This document shows, one piece after another, positions 39,301-49,283 of a stretch of DNA of 64,000 nucleotides. A model generated the notes under the pieces. The model was not told the origin of the DNA, did no database searches, and saw nothing but the letters and a program-made list of their open reading frames with translations. Source of the stretch: an uncultured delta proteobacterium (GTDB taxonomy: Bacteria > Desulfobacterota > Desulfobacteria > Desulfobacterales > B30-G6); assembly GCA_963823335.1 (NCBI GenBank), contig CAWGLD010000001.1:1152001-1216000 (forward strand), in the 5' to 3' direction. Each line of letters begins with the position of its first letter. Position 1 is the first letter of the stretch. The position numbers and the translations under genes are program-made.

Positions 39301-39591
39301 TTAACACACGCTCGTACACTTGTCCCTGGCCATTTTGGCGGGAAGCGTCTCAATGACACGCATGGTTTTCCACTTGCCCTGGTAATAGCGAAGGAAGGAA
39401 GCAGAGCACAGGGAGATCACGTACAAGGTCAGGATGATCCAGCAAGTGTAGATGCCCCATCCCAGGAATCTGACGCCTATGGTGATGGGCAAGATCATGA
39501 TCACAAGGGTGACAATTCCGATACTCCACATGATAAAGCGGGTGTCGCCGGCGCCCTTTAGCACACCGGTAAAGATAAAATATAAGGCAAG
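39301..39591 (-). pseudogene. 5'-truncated MATE efflux transporter (C-terminal ~96 codons only)
   Basis: ALYFIFTGVLKGAGDTRF...RYYQGKWKTMRVIE is a typical MATE C-terminus; homology starts directly after the stop of the upstream gene. Confidence 0.75.
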
Positions 39592-39611
39592 TTAGGGGAC
39601 GTCCTTGACTA
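39592..39611. repeat. Right copy of 20-bp inverted repeat (ttaggggacgtccttgacta)
   Basis: Inverted match to 39013-39032; contains the stop of the upstream CDS and sits at the MATE breakpoint. Confidence 0.6.
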
Positions 39612-41091
39612 TATTGACTAATTTAGAGCGTGTTGTTGCGTGTGTCACTGCATGGCGGATACCCCGCAAGGCCCTTTCTACGTTGGCAAACACCGGAATG
39701 CCGTGGGACTGATATGCCTTGCGCAGGATGCGGGATGTTTTTTCCACATCCACATCCGCAACGGTCACGGCGTGGTTTTCGAAAACAGCAATAATTTCCC
39801 TGCCAGATTTATTTTTCAGCCGTTCGAGCACCGGCAGCATTTCTTCCAGATACGCCCCGGGCGGTCCTGCCGGCACACCAGCCATTTCCATAAAAGAGCG
39901 CACTTCCACCTCAAGGGGTCTTAACAGGAATACCATGATCAGGATATCAATGGGTTCCGAGTCAAGGATAATTTCCAGAGATTTTTCGATAACATCTGCG
40001 GGAACAACAGGTGATCCCGTATCCAGTGGGTTTTGCATGCTGTTGCCGGGTGTGGGATAAAATTGACGAAGCCGCTTTTGTGTTGCAGCACTAAAGTGAT
40101 CCAGGGTCAGGCCTGATCTATGGGACACATCACAGCTGAATACGCCGATGGCACCGCCCCCCCCTACCAGGGCTATTCGAGGTCCCGGTTTTTTGAGGTA
40201 TTTCAGCGCCACGAGGGCATCCATGAGTTCGTCCAGGCCCTGAACAGGGATGGCATGACCCTGTCTGAGAACACCCTTCCATATGTCGGCATCACCTGCC
40301 AGAGAAGCTGTATGACTTTGGGTCGCTCGATTTCCCGGGGGTGTCAGGCCGGCCTTCCAGATCACGACCGGTTTTTGCCGTGTTACCCGGCGGAGTGTTT
40401 CCAAGAATTCTTGCCCATCCCTGACTCCTTCCAGATAGGCGGCTATTACGTCTGTTTCAGAATCGGTAGATAAGTAGTCGAGAATCGCGATGGCGTCCAG
40501 GTCACATCCATTGCCGAATGATACCATTTTGCTGAGATGGATACCTGCCAGACGGGCTTCATACCCGAAATCAGTCGCAACACCGCCACTCTGCGAGAGC
40601 ATGGCAATCGAGCCGGGCTTTTTGGAGAAATCAGCTCCCGGTAACAGAGTGACGCCGCCACGGGGTGAATGAATACCAAAGCAATTGGGACCGACTACCC
40701 GGATTCCCTCACGTGCGATAAGCGCCACTTCTCTCTGCAGGGCGATACTTTCAGCTGAACCGATCTCGGCAAAGCCGGATGAATGAATTTGAGCACCTGT
40801 AACACCATATCGCAGACAGGATCTTAAAATATCGGGTACAAATTTGGCCGGAACCGATATGGACGCCAGATCAACAGGACCTTCCACCTCCTCGATGCAT
40901 TTATAAATTTTGTGCCCGTTCAGTTCTCCGCCCTTGGATGAGATGGGGTATAGCTTTCCCGGATAGCCATATCGGATCAGGCTTAAGGCGATGAGGTTGC
41001 CAAAGGCACCGGGCCTGCTGATTCCGCCAAAAACCGCAATTCCCCTGGGGGCAAAGATTCTGTCCAATGGATTGTTTTTCTTTTTTGTCAT
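39592..41091 (-). CDS. Acyl-CoA synthetase (NDP-forming) alpha-type, CoA-binding protein
   Basis: FAPRGIAVFG, SSGFAE, VVGPNCFG, SQSGG, SFGNGCDL, QSHTASLAG (phospho-His), NPLDT. Confidence 0.88.
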   Translation of the reverse strand: MTKKKNNPLDRIFAPRGIAVFGGISRPGAFGNLIALSLIRYGYPGKLYPISSKGGELNGHKIYKCIEEVEGPVDLASISVPAKFVPDILRSCLRYGVTGAQIHSSGFAEIGSAESIALQREVALIAREGIRVVGPNCFGIHSPRGGVTLLPGADFSKKPGSIAMLSQSGGVATDFGYEARLAGIHLSKMVSFGNGCDLDAIAILDYLSTDSETDVIAAYLEGVRDGQEFLETLRRVTRQKPVVIWKAGLTPPGNRATQSHTASLAGDADIWKGVLRQGHAIPVQGLDELMDALVALKYLKKPGPRIALVGGGGAIGVFSCDVSHRSGLTLDHFSAATQKRLRQFYPTPGNSMQNPLDTGSPVVPADVIEKSLEIILDSEPIDILIMVFLLRPLEVEVRSFMEMAGVPAGPPGAYLEEMLPVLERLKNKSGREIIAVFENHAVTVADVDVEKTSRILRKAYQSHGIPVFANVERALRGIRHAVTHATTRSKLVNIVKDVP

Positions 41092-41264
41092 ATGCCTTAC
41101 ACGGCCTTTTAATGCGTCTGGTATCAAGTGGGCTGCAGCGTCCCATATGTTAAATATAAATCAGTTCTTTCCCTTATCCATTCCATGAGTAAATTGCAAT
41201 TCCTTACTTGAAATGAAGCTATTGAACTACTATGCTGCAATGGTATCTCAAAATGAGAAAAACC

Positions 41265-42617
41265 ATGACTGCAGAACTGAAAGCGAAAACCATGAAACCT
41301 CGAATCGGCCCGCTTTTTGCGGATTTATACCAACTGACCATGGCGGCTGCCTATTTTCAAAAAGGCATGCAAGGGAATGCGACCTTTTCCCTTTTTGTGC
41401 GGGAGTCTGAAGTCCGGAATTTTTTTGTGGCGGCAGGGCTTGATGCGGTTCTGAATGAACTGGCATTTTTCAGGTTTTCTGAAGGAGAGATAGATTATTT
41501 AAAGGAGACAGGTCTTTTCTCGGATTCGTTTCTCTCTTTTCTGAAAAAAGTTCGTTTCAAGGGAAATATTTTCGCCATGCCGGAGGGGTCGATTTTCTTC
41601 CCGGACGAACCTCTACTCGAGGTAACAGCCCATATCGTCGAGGCCCAGATTATTGAAACCTTTTTGCTGAATACCATTGGCTCCCAGACCCTGTTTGCCT
41701 CCAAGGGTGCGCGGTGCATTCATGCGGCTGATGGGCGGCCTCTGGTTGATTTCTCTTTGAGAAGGACACAGGGCCAGGACGCCGGACTGAATGTTGCCAG
41801 AAGCACTTATATTTCGGGGTTTTCCGGAACAAGCAATCTATTGGCCGGACAACGCTACGGCATCCCTGTTTCCGGTACCATGGCGCATTCGTATATTTCA
41901 GCATTTGAACACGAGATCGATGCCTTTCGCACCTATGCAGCCATTTTCCCGGAACATTCTGTATTCCTCATCGACACATACGATACCATCGAGGGAGCCA
42001 GACAGGCGGTGCGTGTGGGCCTGGAAATGAGAAAACAGGGCCACTCACTCAAAGGGGTTCGTCTCGATAGTGGCGACATGATCGACCTGAGTTGCAGGGT
42101 ACGGGAACTTCTCGACAACGCCGGGCTTTCCGATGTTAAAATCTATGCCAGCAGCGGGTTTGACGAGTTTAAAATTCACGAACTGCTGGCAAAAGGTGCC
42201 TGCATCGATGCCTTCGGGGTTGGAACAAAGGTCGGCGTTTCCGCAGATGCGCCTTATTTGGATATCGTTTACAAGCTGGTCAAAATAAATGACAGGCTTG
42301 TGAGGAAATTGAGTTCGGGAAAGCAAACACTGGCCGGTGAAAAGCAGGTATTTCGAAAATATGATGCCCAAGGAAAGTTTGTTGAAGATATCATTGGTTT
42401 GAAAAACGAAACCATTGACGGTGCGACACCGCTGCTGTCAGCTGTGATGCAGCAGGGAAAACGAGTTGACATGCATTCGACCCTTAAGGATATTCAGGTT
42501 TTTTTCAAATCGAATTTCAGCGCATTGCCGGACCATTACAAATCGATCCATAAAAGACATCGCTATCCTGTGCACCTCAGCGGGCAGCTTGTTCTGGCAC
42601 AGAGCAGCATTTCATGA
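41265..42617 (+). CDS. pncB: Nicotinate phosphoribosyltransferase (start uncertain)
   Basis: DLYQLTM, DFSLRR, GTMAHS, LIDTYDT, GVRLDSGD, FGVGT. Confidence 0.93.
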   Translation: MTAELKAKTMKPRIGPLFADLYQLTMAAAYFQKGMQGNATFSLFVRESEVRNFFVAAGLDAVLNELAFFRFSEGEIDYLKETGLFSDSFLSFLKKVRFKGNIFAMPEGSIFFPDEPLLEVTAHIVEAQIIETFLLNTIGSQTLFASKGARCIHAADGRPLVDFSLRRTQGQDAGLNVARSTYISGFSGTSNLLAGQRYGIPVSGTMAHSYISAFEHEIDAFRTYAAIFPEHSVFLIDTYDTIEGARQAVRVGLEMRKQGHSLKGVRLDSGDMIDLSCRVRELLDNAGLSDVKIYASSGFDEFKIHELLAKGACIDAFGVGTKVGVSADAPYLDIVYKLVKINDRLVRKLSSGKQTLAGEKQVFRKYDAQGKFVEDIIGLKNETIDGATPLLSAVMQQGKRVDMHSTLKDIQVFFKSNFSALPDHYKSIHKRHRYPVHLSGQLVLAQSSIS

Positions 42618-42689
42618 CCATCAGCTCAAAGATGAAGATTGGCGGGGAATCTTTTATCGTGCATCTCTAAGAGATTACAAGGAGGCGAC

Positions 42690-43724
42690 ATGACGGCAAA
42701 TGAATTGCCCATCCCATCTTTTTTTAATGCCGCCCGTGTTGGGAAGGTTTGGAGGGTCCCTTATCAGGAAAGAGCCGGTGATGCGCAAAAATGGCGAGCC
42801 CGGTATGGCATCAGAACAAGTGCCCAGGATGTATTCAGAGTATGTCTGATGCTCATCGATGTTCAAAACACATTCTGTGTCCCGGGTTTTGAACTCTATG
42901 TGGGCGGGGCGACCGGAAACGGTGCCGTGGATGACAACCGGCGATTGGGAGCCTTTATCTACCGCAACATACCAGCGATCACGCAAATTTGCCCCAGCAT
43001 GGATACCCATCAGGTAATGCAGATTTTTCACAGTATTTTTCTTGTCAGCGATACCGGAGATCACCCGGACCCCTACACGCCCATATCGCTGGAAGATATC
43101 GAGAAAGGTGTCTGGCGTTTTAATAGAGAACTTATTGAAAGCCTTAAGATCGACGAACGATACGGGCAGGCCCATCTGGTGCACTATGCACGCCAGCTGA
43201 AGGCGGGGGGGAAATACGACCTTACCATCTGGCCCTATCATGCCATGCTTGGAGGTATCGGGCACGCACTGGTGTCAACCGTGGAGGAAGCGATCTTTTT
43301 TCATGCCATGTGCCGGTCCAGTCAACCTGATTTTCAGCTTAAAGGGGTTCATCCCTTTACCGAAAACTATTCTGTACTGCGTCCTGAAATCATCGAAGGC
43401 TTGGACAACAGTGAGCTTGGGGGGATAAATCAGCAACTTATGGACACGCTTCTGACATTTGACGCCCTCATTATTGCCGGGCAGGCAAAAAGCCATTGTG
43501 TGGCCTGGACCGTAGCGGATCTGTTATCTGAAATCGAAAACAAGGACCCGACCCTGGCATCCAAAGTATATCTGCTGGAAGATTGTACCTCCCCGGTGGT
43601 AATACCGGGCGTCATCGATTATACCGAGCCGGCCAATAAAGCATTTGAGCGATTCGAAAAAGCGGGGATGCATATTGTAACGTCCACAGATCCTTTGGTA
43701 AACTGGCCTGGCTTCCCGTCCTGA
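42690..43724 (+). CDS. Nicotinamidase/isochorismatase family protein
   Basis: LIDVQNTFC, MDTH, IWPYH, TENYS, GQAKSHCV, LEDCTS; adjacent to pncB; AAGGAGG RBS. Confidence 0.85.
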   Translation: MTANELPIPSFFNAARVGKVWRVPYQERAGDAQKWRARYGIRTSAQDVFRVCLMLIDVQNTFCVPGFELYVGGATGNGAVDDNRRLGAFIYRNIPAITQICPSMDTHQVMQIFHSIFLVSDTGDHPDPYTPISLEDIEKGVWRFNRELIESLKIDERYGQAHLVHYARQLKAGGKYDLTIWPYHAMLGGIGHALVSTVEEAIFFHAMCRSSQPDFQLKGVHPFTENYSVLRPEIIEGLDNSELGGINQQLMDTLLTFDALIIAGQAKSHCVAWTVADLLSEIENKDPTLASKVYLLEDCTSPVVIPGVIDYTEPANKAFERFEKAGMHIVTSTDPLVNWPGFPS

Positions 43725-43886
43725 TCGATCCCGCCGTGGTGTTATTCAACCTTCGCAGTAGTATACTACGGCTTCAAGTTGAAATGCCTTGCGGCAGAAC
43801 CGATCAGAACGGAAACCGTTTGGGATTTGTCGCAATGGCTCAAATCGGCTTCAGCAAAGCATGTCCCAATTTCCTCTAACAGGCTA

Positions 43887-44038
43887 ATCCGAAGTGGTTT
43901 CAATTACTTCAATTGGGTTCAAGGTCAAGGCGGATTGGAATGTTTAACCGGAAGAATACCCAGGGTATTTTGAGGATTAAACATACCGGTCCAACGCAGA
44001 CATTGGACGCGAGGGGAGTAATTGAAACCACTTCTGGT
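43887..44038. mobile_element. MITE-like element (152 bp) with terminal inverted repeats, flanked by TA
   Basis: gaagtggtttcaattact (43891-43908) and agtaattgaaaccacttc (44017-44034) form a perfect 18-bp IR; TA at 43885-43886 and 44039-44040. Confidence 0.7.
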
Positions 44039-44745
44039 TATATGCCCAGGTAGGCCTTCTTGACATTTTCATCGGCAAGCAGGTTCTGGCTGCTGTCGGA
44101 CAGGGTGATGCGTCCGTTTTCCATGACATATCCCCTGTGGGCAACCTGCAGGGCAAGGTTGGCATTCTGCTCCACAAGAAAGATCGTGGTTTTGTTTTCC
44201 TGATTGATTTTGCGAATAATTCTGAAAATCTGTTTTACGATCAATGGGGCTAGGCCCAGGGAAGGTTCATCCAGGAGAAGGAGCCTGGGTCTTGCCATAA
44301 GGGCCCTTGCGACCGCCAGCATCTGTTGCTCACCACCGCTGAGGGTGCCCCCTGACTGGTGACGCCGCTCAGCCAGGATAGGAAAAAGATCAAAGATATA
44401 TTCCACGTCTTTGTGAATCTCACTGGTATCGTTTCGTAAAAAGGCGCCCATATCAAGATTTTCCATTACGGTAAGATAGGGGAAAATCCGGCGCCCTTCA
44501 GGTACCTGACTGATGCCAAGGGCCACGATCTGGTTGGGAGAAAGTTTCTGGAGTGGTTTTCCCAAAAAGAGGATCTCACCGGATCTCGGGGGCACGATGC
44601 CGGATATGGACATGAGGGTCGTGGTTTTTCCGGCACCATTTGCACCGATCAGGGTAATGATCTCACCTTCTGAGATTTCTAGACTAATTCCCTTTATGGC
44701 CTGAATATTACCATAGTAGGTCTGAATGTTCTTAACCTCAAGCAT
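44038..44745 (-). CDS. livF: Branched-chain amino acid ABC transporter ATP-binding protein
   Basis: GANGAGKTT, LSGGEQQM, DEPSLGLAP. Confidence 0.93.
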   Translation of the reverse strand: MLEVKNIQTYYGNIQAIKGISLEISEGEIITLIGANGAGKTTTLMSISGIVPPRSGEILFLGKPLQKLSPNQIVALGISQVPEGRRIFPYLTVMENLDMGAFLRNDTSEIHKDVEYIFDLFPILAERRHQSGGTLSGGEQQMLAVARALMARPRLLLLDEPSLGLAPLIVKQIFRIIRKINQENKTTIFLVEQNANLALQVAHRGYVMENGRITLSDSSQNLLADENVKKAYLGI

Positions 44746-45526
44746 CCAATTCTTCTCCCAGATACGCTTTTATAACAGCTGGATTGGCCTTGATTTCCCG
44801 GGGTGTTCCTTCGGCAATTTTTTTGCCGTAGTCCACCACATAAATACGATCGGACAGGCTCATCACCAGTTTCATGTCGTGCTCGATAAGCAGGATGGAA
44901 ATATTTTCCTGGTCGCGTATGCGGACAATCAGATCGTCGAGCTCTTTGGTTTCCCTGGCATTCATTCCTGCGGCGGGTTCATCCAGAAGCAGAATCGATG
45001 GGTCCGTTGCCATGGCGCGGGCGATTTCCAGGCGTCGCTGTGCACCGTAGGGAAGGTTTTTTGCGTATTCGTTGACAAATTGTTCCAAACCTATTTTTTC
45101 AAGCACCCTGTAGCTGTCCTCGACAACTTTTTGTTCTTCTCTGACCGTGGCAGGATTTCTGAAAATGGCGCCGGGTATGCCGGCAGACATGCGACAATGA
45201 CGGCCGATCATGACGTTTTCCAGAACCGTCATGTTTTGGAACAGACGAATATTCTGAAACGTACGGGCCATACCGTTTTCAGTAACATGGTTGGGTTTCA
45301 GACCCTTGATAAGTGTTCTTTCTCCCCCGGGCGGGGTGATGGCAACATCCCCTTTTGTGGGTGGATATATACCGGTGATGCAGTTAAAAAAGGTGGTCTT
45401 TCCCGCACCATTGGGGCCAATCAGTGCAACGATTTCACCTTGCCCGACAGTCAGACTGATGTCGTCCAGGGCTCTTAGCCCGCCGAAATCTTTGGTCAGA
45501 TTTGTTACTTCGAGAATCGGTTTCAT
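44738..45526 (-). CDS. livG: Branched-chain amino acid ABC transporter ATP-binding protein
   Basis: GPNGAGKTT, RTFQNIRLF, LPYGAQRRLEIARA. Confidence 0.93.
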   Translation of the reverse strand: MKPILEVTNLTKDFGGLRALDDISLTVGQGEIVALIGPNGAGKTTFFNCITGIYPPTKGDVAITPPGGERTLIKGLKPNHVTENGMARTFQNIRLFQNMTVLENVMIGRHCRMSAGIPGAIFRNPATVREEQKVVEDSYRVLEKIGLEQFVNEYAKNLPYGAQRRLEIARAMATDPSILLLDEPAAGMNARETKELDDLIVRIRDQENISILLIEHDMKLVMSLSDRIYVVDYGKKIAEGTPREIKANPAVIKAYLGEELDA

Positions 45527-45530
45527 ATAC

Positions 45531-46751
45531 TTAAACAGTCGGTTGCTTGCTCTTTAATCCTTTGAACTTGTATGTTTTTCGAACATCCGTAATAATTCCC
45601 CCGGGTCGGAAGACCATCATGATGACCAGCGTGGCTCCAAAAATTAGCATGCGGTACTCGGAAAATGCCCGCAGATATTCCGGCAGAAGAATCAGAACCA
45701 GGGCGCCGAAAATAACACCCAATACAGACCCCATGCCACCCAGGACCACGATACATAAAATAATGATGGATTCCCAGATGGTAAAACTGGCAGGATTGAT
45801 GAACGTGGTTTTTGCTGCAAAGACCACGCCGCCGATGCCGGCCCAGGTAGCACCTAGGGCAAAGGCGCTCAGCTTGGTCCGGGTCTTGTCAATACCCATG
45901 GCCTGACACGCCACCTCGTCCTCCCTGAGGGCAATCCAGGCCCTTCCCAGCCGAGAGTCCTGCAGACGTTTGACCACAAAGATGGTAAAAATGGCCATAC
46001 CGATCATCAGGAAATAAACATAGGTGATGGATTGAGACAGGGAGAACTCCATACCGAAAAAACCGGGTCTGGGGATATTGGCAATGCCGCTGGGTCCAAA
46101 AGAAAAGGCATTCCAGTTTTCCAGAATCAGGCGGATGATCTCACCAAATCCCAGAGTGACGATGGCCAGGTAATCTCCCCGAAGACGGAGGACCGGGAAA
46201 CCCAGCATGACACCGAAAAGAAAGGCGAATGTGGCCCCGATGGGCAGAGCCGCCCAGAACCCCAGCCCGAAATGATGATTGAGCAGGGCGTAACTGTAGG
46301 CACCCACGGCGTAAAACGCGACATATCCCAGATCGAGCAGTCCGGCGAGACCGACAACAATGTTCAGACCCAGCCCGACGACCACATAAATAAGTGCTGT
46401 GGTCATGATGTTGGTTTGATACATGGAAAAGACAAAAGGAAAGGCAATGATGAAAATACCAAGCGCGATGGCAGCGGGAACACTGAATTGCCTGTTCTTG
46501 ATGAGTCTCTGTACAAGGGGCAGGGTTCCGGCCTCCTCGGCTTTTTTTTCACCGGCTTCTTTTCTTTTGTGGAGGTATCGCCAGAGGAATGACAGAAAAA
46601 ACGCACCGATCCCCACCATGAACATTCTTTTCCAGCGCCATTCAATGATATCGTCGATCGTGTTCACACGAATTACCATGATGGGAAAGGTCAGGAACAT
46701 CAGCCACAACGCCACCAGAAACGATTTTCTTATTTCATTGAAACGAAACAT
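45531..46751 (-). CDS. livM: Branched-chain amino acid ABC transporter permease
   Basis: GLNIVVGLAGLLDLGY, RLRGDYLAIVTLGFGEI. Confidence 0.93.
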   Translation of the reverse strand: MFRFNEIRKSFLVALWLMFLTFPIMVIRVNTIDDIIEWRWKRMFMVGIGAFFLSFLWRYLHKRKEAGEKKAEEAGTLPLVQRLIKNRQFSVPAAIALGIFIIAFPFVFSMYQTNIMTTALIYVVVGLGLNIVVGLAGLLDLGYVAFYAVGAYSYALLNHHFGLGFWAALPIGATFAFLFGVMLGFPVLRLRGDYLAIVTLGFGEIIRLILENWNAFSFGPSGIANIPRPGFFGMEFSLSQSITYVYFLMIGMAIFTIFVVKRLQDSRLGRAWIALREDEVACQAMGIDKTRTKLSAFALGATWAGIGGVVFAAKTTFINPASFTIWESIIILCIVVLGGMGSVLGVIFGALVLILLPEYLRAFSEYRMLIFGATLVIMMVFRPGGIITDVRKTYKFKGLKSKQPTV

Positions 46752-46763
46752 AATTTTTTTAAT

Positions 46764-46859
46764 GGTTTTAAGTTTTAGGTTTTAAGTTTTAGGATTGGTT
46801 TTCAGTGAGTATAAATAGCGGGTCTTCATACTTAACACTTAAAACCTAACACCTAAAAC
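46764..46859. repeat. Inverted arrays of tandem heptamers
   Basis: (gttttaa/gttttag)x4 at 46764-46793, facing cttaaca-cttaaaa-cctaaca-cctaaaa at 46831-46859. Confidence 0.75.
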
Positions 46860-46885
46860 ATGATGAATTCATCCGTTTGAATTCA

Positions 46886-47788
46886 TCATACTTTATCTGT
46901 ATCTGATCTGCCCAAAATACCCGAAGGCCTGAATATCAGGGTAAACACCAGAAAGAGGAAAGCGAAGACATCCTCATAATCACTGGAGATATAGCCTGTG
47001 AAAAAGCTTTCCGACATGCCCAGCACCAGGCTTCCCAGCACAGCCCCCGGCATGCTGCCGATGCCGCCCAGCACAGCGGCCACGAAGGCCTTGATGCCGG
47101 CGATAAATCCTATGTAGTAATTGATCTGTCCCGTGTGGGACGCGATCAGGACACCTCCCAATGCGGCGGTGGCGGAACCGACAATAAATGTCATCGAAAT
47201 GACTTTGTTGACATCGACCCCCACCAGCATGGCCATGTTGCGGTCCTGGGCGGTGGCCCGCATGGCTTTTCCGATTTTGGTGAACTTGATGAGAACGGTC
47301 AGGAGAACCATGACGATGGTGGTGGTGACATAGATTACGATTTCGGAGGAGCGGACAATATGTTCAACGGGTTCCAGGAATTTAAAATCCGGAATCAGGT
47401 TGGGGAACGGCATATAATTGGAAGTCTGGGCCAGCAGCACGTAGTATTGCAGAAACATGGACATACCGATGGCGCTGATGAGCGCCGAGAGCCTGGGTGC
47501 CTGGCGCAGCGGTTTATAGGCTATTTTTTCGATGGTGAACCCGTAAGCGGCGGAGTAAACAACCGCTACAATAGAAGCGATAACGAGAATGGCAATCTGG
47601 TTCCAGCCCAGCATAGATAGAATGCCGGCCACGATAAGGGCGGTAAAGGCACCCAGCATGTAAATCTCACCATGGGCAAAATTGATGAGCTGGATGATAC
47701 CGTACACCATGGTGTACCCGAGGGCAATCAGGGCGTAAATACTTCCCCGTGTGAGGCCTCCCAGAAAAAGTTCTATAAAATAGTCCAT
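46886..47788 (-). CDS. livH: Branched-chain amino acid ABC transporter permease
   Basis: ALGYTMVYGIIQLINFAHGE. Confidence 0.93.
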   Translation of the reverse strand: MDYFIELFLGGLTRGSIYALIALGYTMVYGIIQLINFAHGEIYMLGAFTALIVAGILSMLGWNQIAILVIASIVAVVYSAAYGFTIEKIAYKPLRQAPRLSALISAIGMSMFLQYYVLLAQTSNYMPFPNLIPDFKFLEPVEHIVRSSEIVIYVTTTIVMVLLTVLIKFTKIGKAMRATAQDRNMAMLVGVDVNKVISMTFIVGSATAALGGVLIASHTGQINYYIGFIAGIKAFVAAVLGGIGSMPGAVLGSLVLGMSESFFTGYISSDYEDVFAFLFLVFTLIFRPSGILGRSDTDKV

Positions 47789-47804
47789 CGGTAAATTCTT
47801 AATT

Positions 47805-47841
47805 AAAAAAGACAGGGGTCAGGCCCTCATGGCCTGGCCCC
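47805..47841 (-). terminator. Hairpin/terminator between livK and livH
   Basis: ggggtcaggcc...ggcctggcccc stem followed by a T-run on the minus strand. Confidence 0.6.
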
Positions 47842-47865
47842 CGAAGTGTTTGGTGTCATGATGGG

Positions 47866-49020
47866 TTATTTGACTTCATAATAAGCGCCGTTTTTAACCC
47901 GATACATGGAAAAACCGACGCCGGTGGCATCGCCATTTTTGTCAAAGCGGATCTTTCCCAGGGGTGTGTCGACATACTCTGTTTTCAATGCAGTGGTGAT
48001 GGCATTGTAATCCATTTCGCCTTTGTTGATACCCTCGGCACCTGCTTTTTCAATGGCATTCAAAAGTGCCAGGGCTGCAGAATAGGCATTCAGAAAAAAT
48101 GCACCCGGATCCTCACCATAAGCTGCTTTGTGGGCCTCATTGGCTGCTACTGCCATGGGGTTCGAGGATACGTCCTTGGGACCGGTAGCATAAACGCCTT
48201 CAGCATAAACACCGGCTACCTTGATGAAGGTATCGTCCTTAACGCCATCATCGGAGATGAAAATGGTTTTCATTTTTTTCTTGCGCATTTCCATGACAAT
48301 TTTGGATGCTTCCGGGTGATAGCCGCCAAAAATTACGGCTTCCGCACCGGACCGCTTAATCTTTTGAACCACAGCGGCGTAGCTGACAGCGCCAGGTGTG
48401 ACACCTTCATATAGCACCACCTCTGCTTCGGGCTCAGCTTCCAGGAAACTTTTGGCAAATTCTGCCAATCCTTTACCGTAGTCACCCTTGTCATGCAGAA
48501 CGGCGATTTTTTTCACCCTTAGAATATCCAGAGCAAAGTCAACCTCCAGCCGTGCCTGAGCATCGTCTGATGCGATGGTTCGGTAGAAGTTCGGGTAGTC
48601 TCCACTTTGTGTTAATCCAGGATTGGTTGCCGATGGAGACATGACAACGACTTTTGAGCCCATATATATACCGAGGGCTGCCTTGGTGGCACCACTGCAG
48701 ATATGACCCAAGACCACGTTTACGCCTTCCCCGACCAGCTTGGTGGCAGTGTTTGTAGCAACTTCAGGTTTACAGACGTCATCTTCGACCACGAGTTCAA
48801 CCGGTTTTCCCATAACGCCGCCCTTGGCATTGATCTCTTTGACAACAAGCTCTGCGGCTTTGACCGTCGGGATACCGTAAGAGGCTAGATCGCCACTGTG
48901 TGGCCCTGCAACACCCAGTTTGATTGTGTCTGCCGCAAGTGACAAGCCTGACAGGGTCAAGCAGAGAAACGTGGTCGTAAATGCGATCGCGAGTATTTTC
49001 CGGACATGGTTTTTCATCAT
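47866..49020 (-). CDS. livK: Branched-chain amino acid ABC transporter substrate-binding protein
   Basis: Signal peptide, GPHSGDLA, GHICSGAT, SPSATN, GKIRFDKNGD. Confidence 0.92.
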   Translation of the reverse strand: MMKNHVRKILAIAFTTTFLCLTLSGLSLAADTIKLGVAGPHSGDLASYGIPTVKAAELVVKEINAKGGVMGKPVELVVEDDVCKPEVATNTATKLVGEGVNVVLGHICSGATKAALGIYMGSKVVVMSPSATNPGLTQSGDYPNFYRTIASDDAQARLEVDFALDILRVKKIAVLHDKGDYGKGLAEFAKSFLEAEPEAEVVLYEGVTPGAVSYAAVVQKIKRSGAEAVIFGGYHPEASKIVMEMRKKKMKTIFISDDGVKDDTFIKVAGVYAEGVYATGPKDVSSNPMAVAANEAHKAAYGEDPGAFFLNAYSAALALLNAIEKAGAEGINKGEMDYNAITTALKTEYVDTPLGKIRFDKNGDATGVGFSMYRVKNGAYYEVK

Positions 49021-49283
49021 TGCATTTCCTCCTTATATGTTAATAAATAGAATATCCTAACAAGGTTAGAATTTATAAACCCAAGTAGGAGTTGAGTCAA
49101 GCTAAAAGAGGCAGAACCAGTATCACTCAATCATGTTTCCGGGTAAATTTCAAGAATATGATAAAAAATATTGCTGTTTGATGTGCTTCCCGGTAAGAAA
49201 GCAGCATTGTGGAACATCTCCCGGGTCACTGTCGTTATGAAGGCAAACAAGAGCATAAATGCCTGTCTGGAGTCTTTAACGCC

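Noticed and set aside
41265-43724. pncB-nicotinamidase pair as a novel system
   Set aside because: Ordinary NAD salvage pairing.
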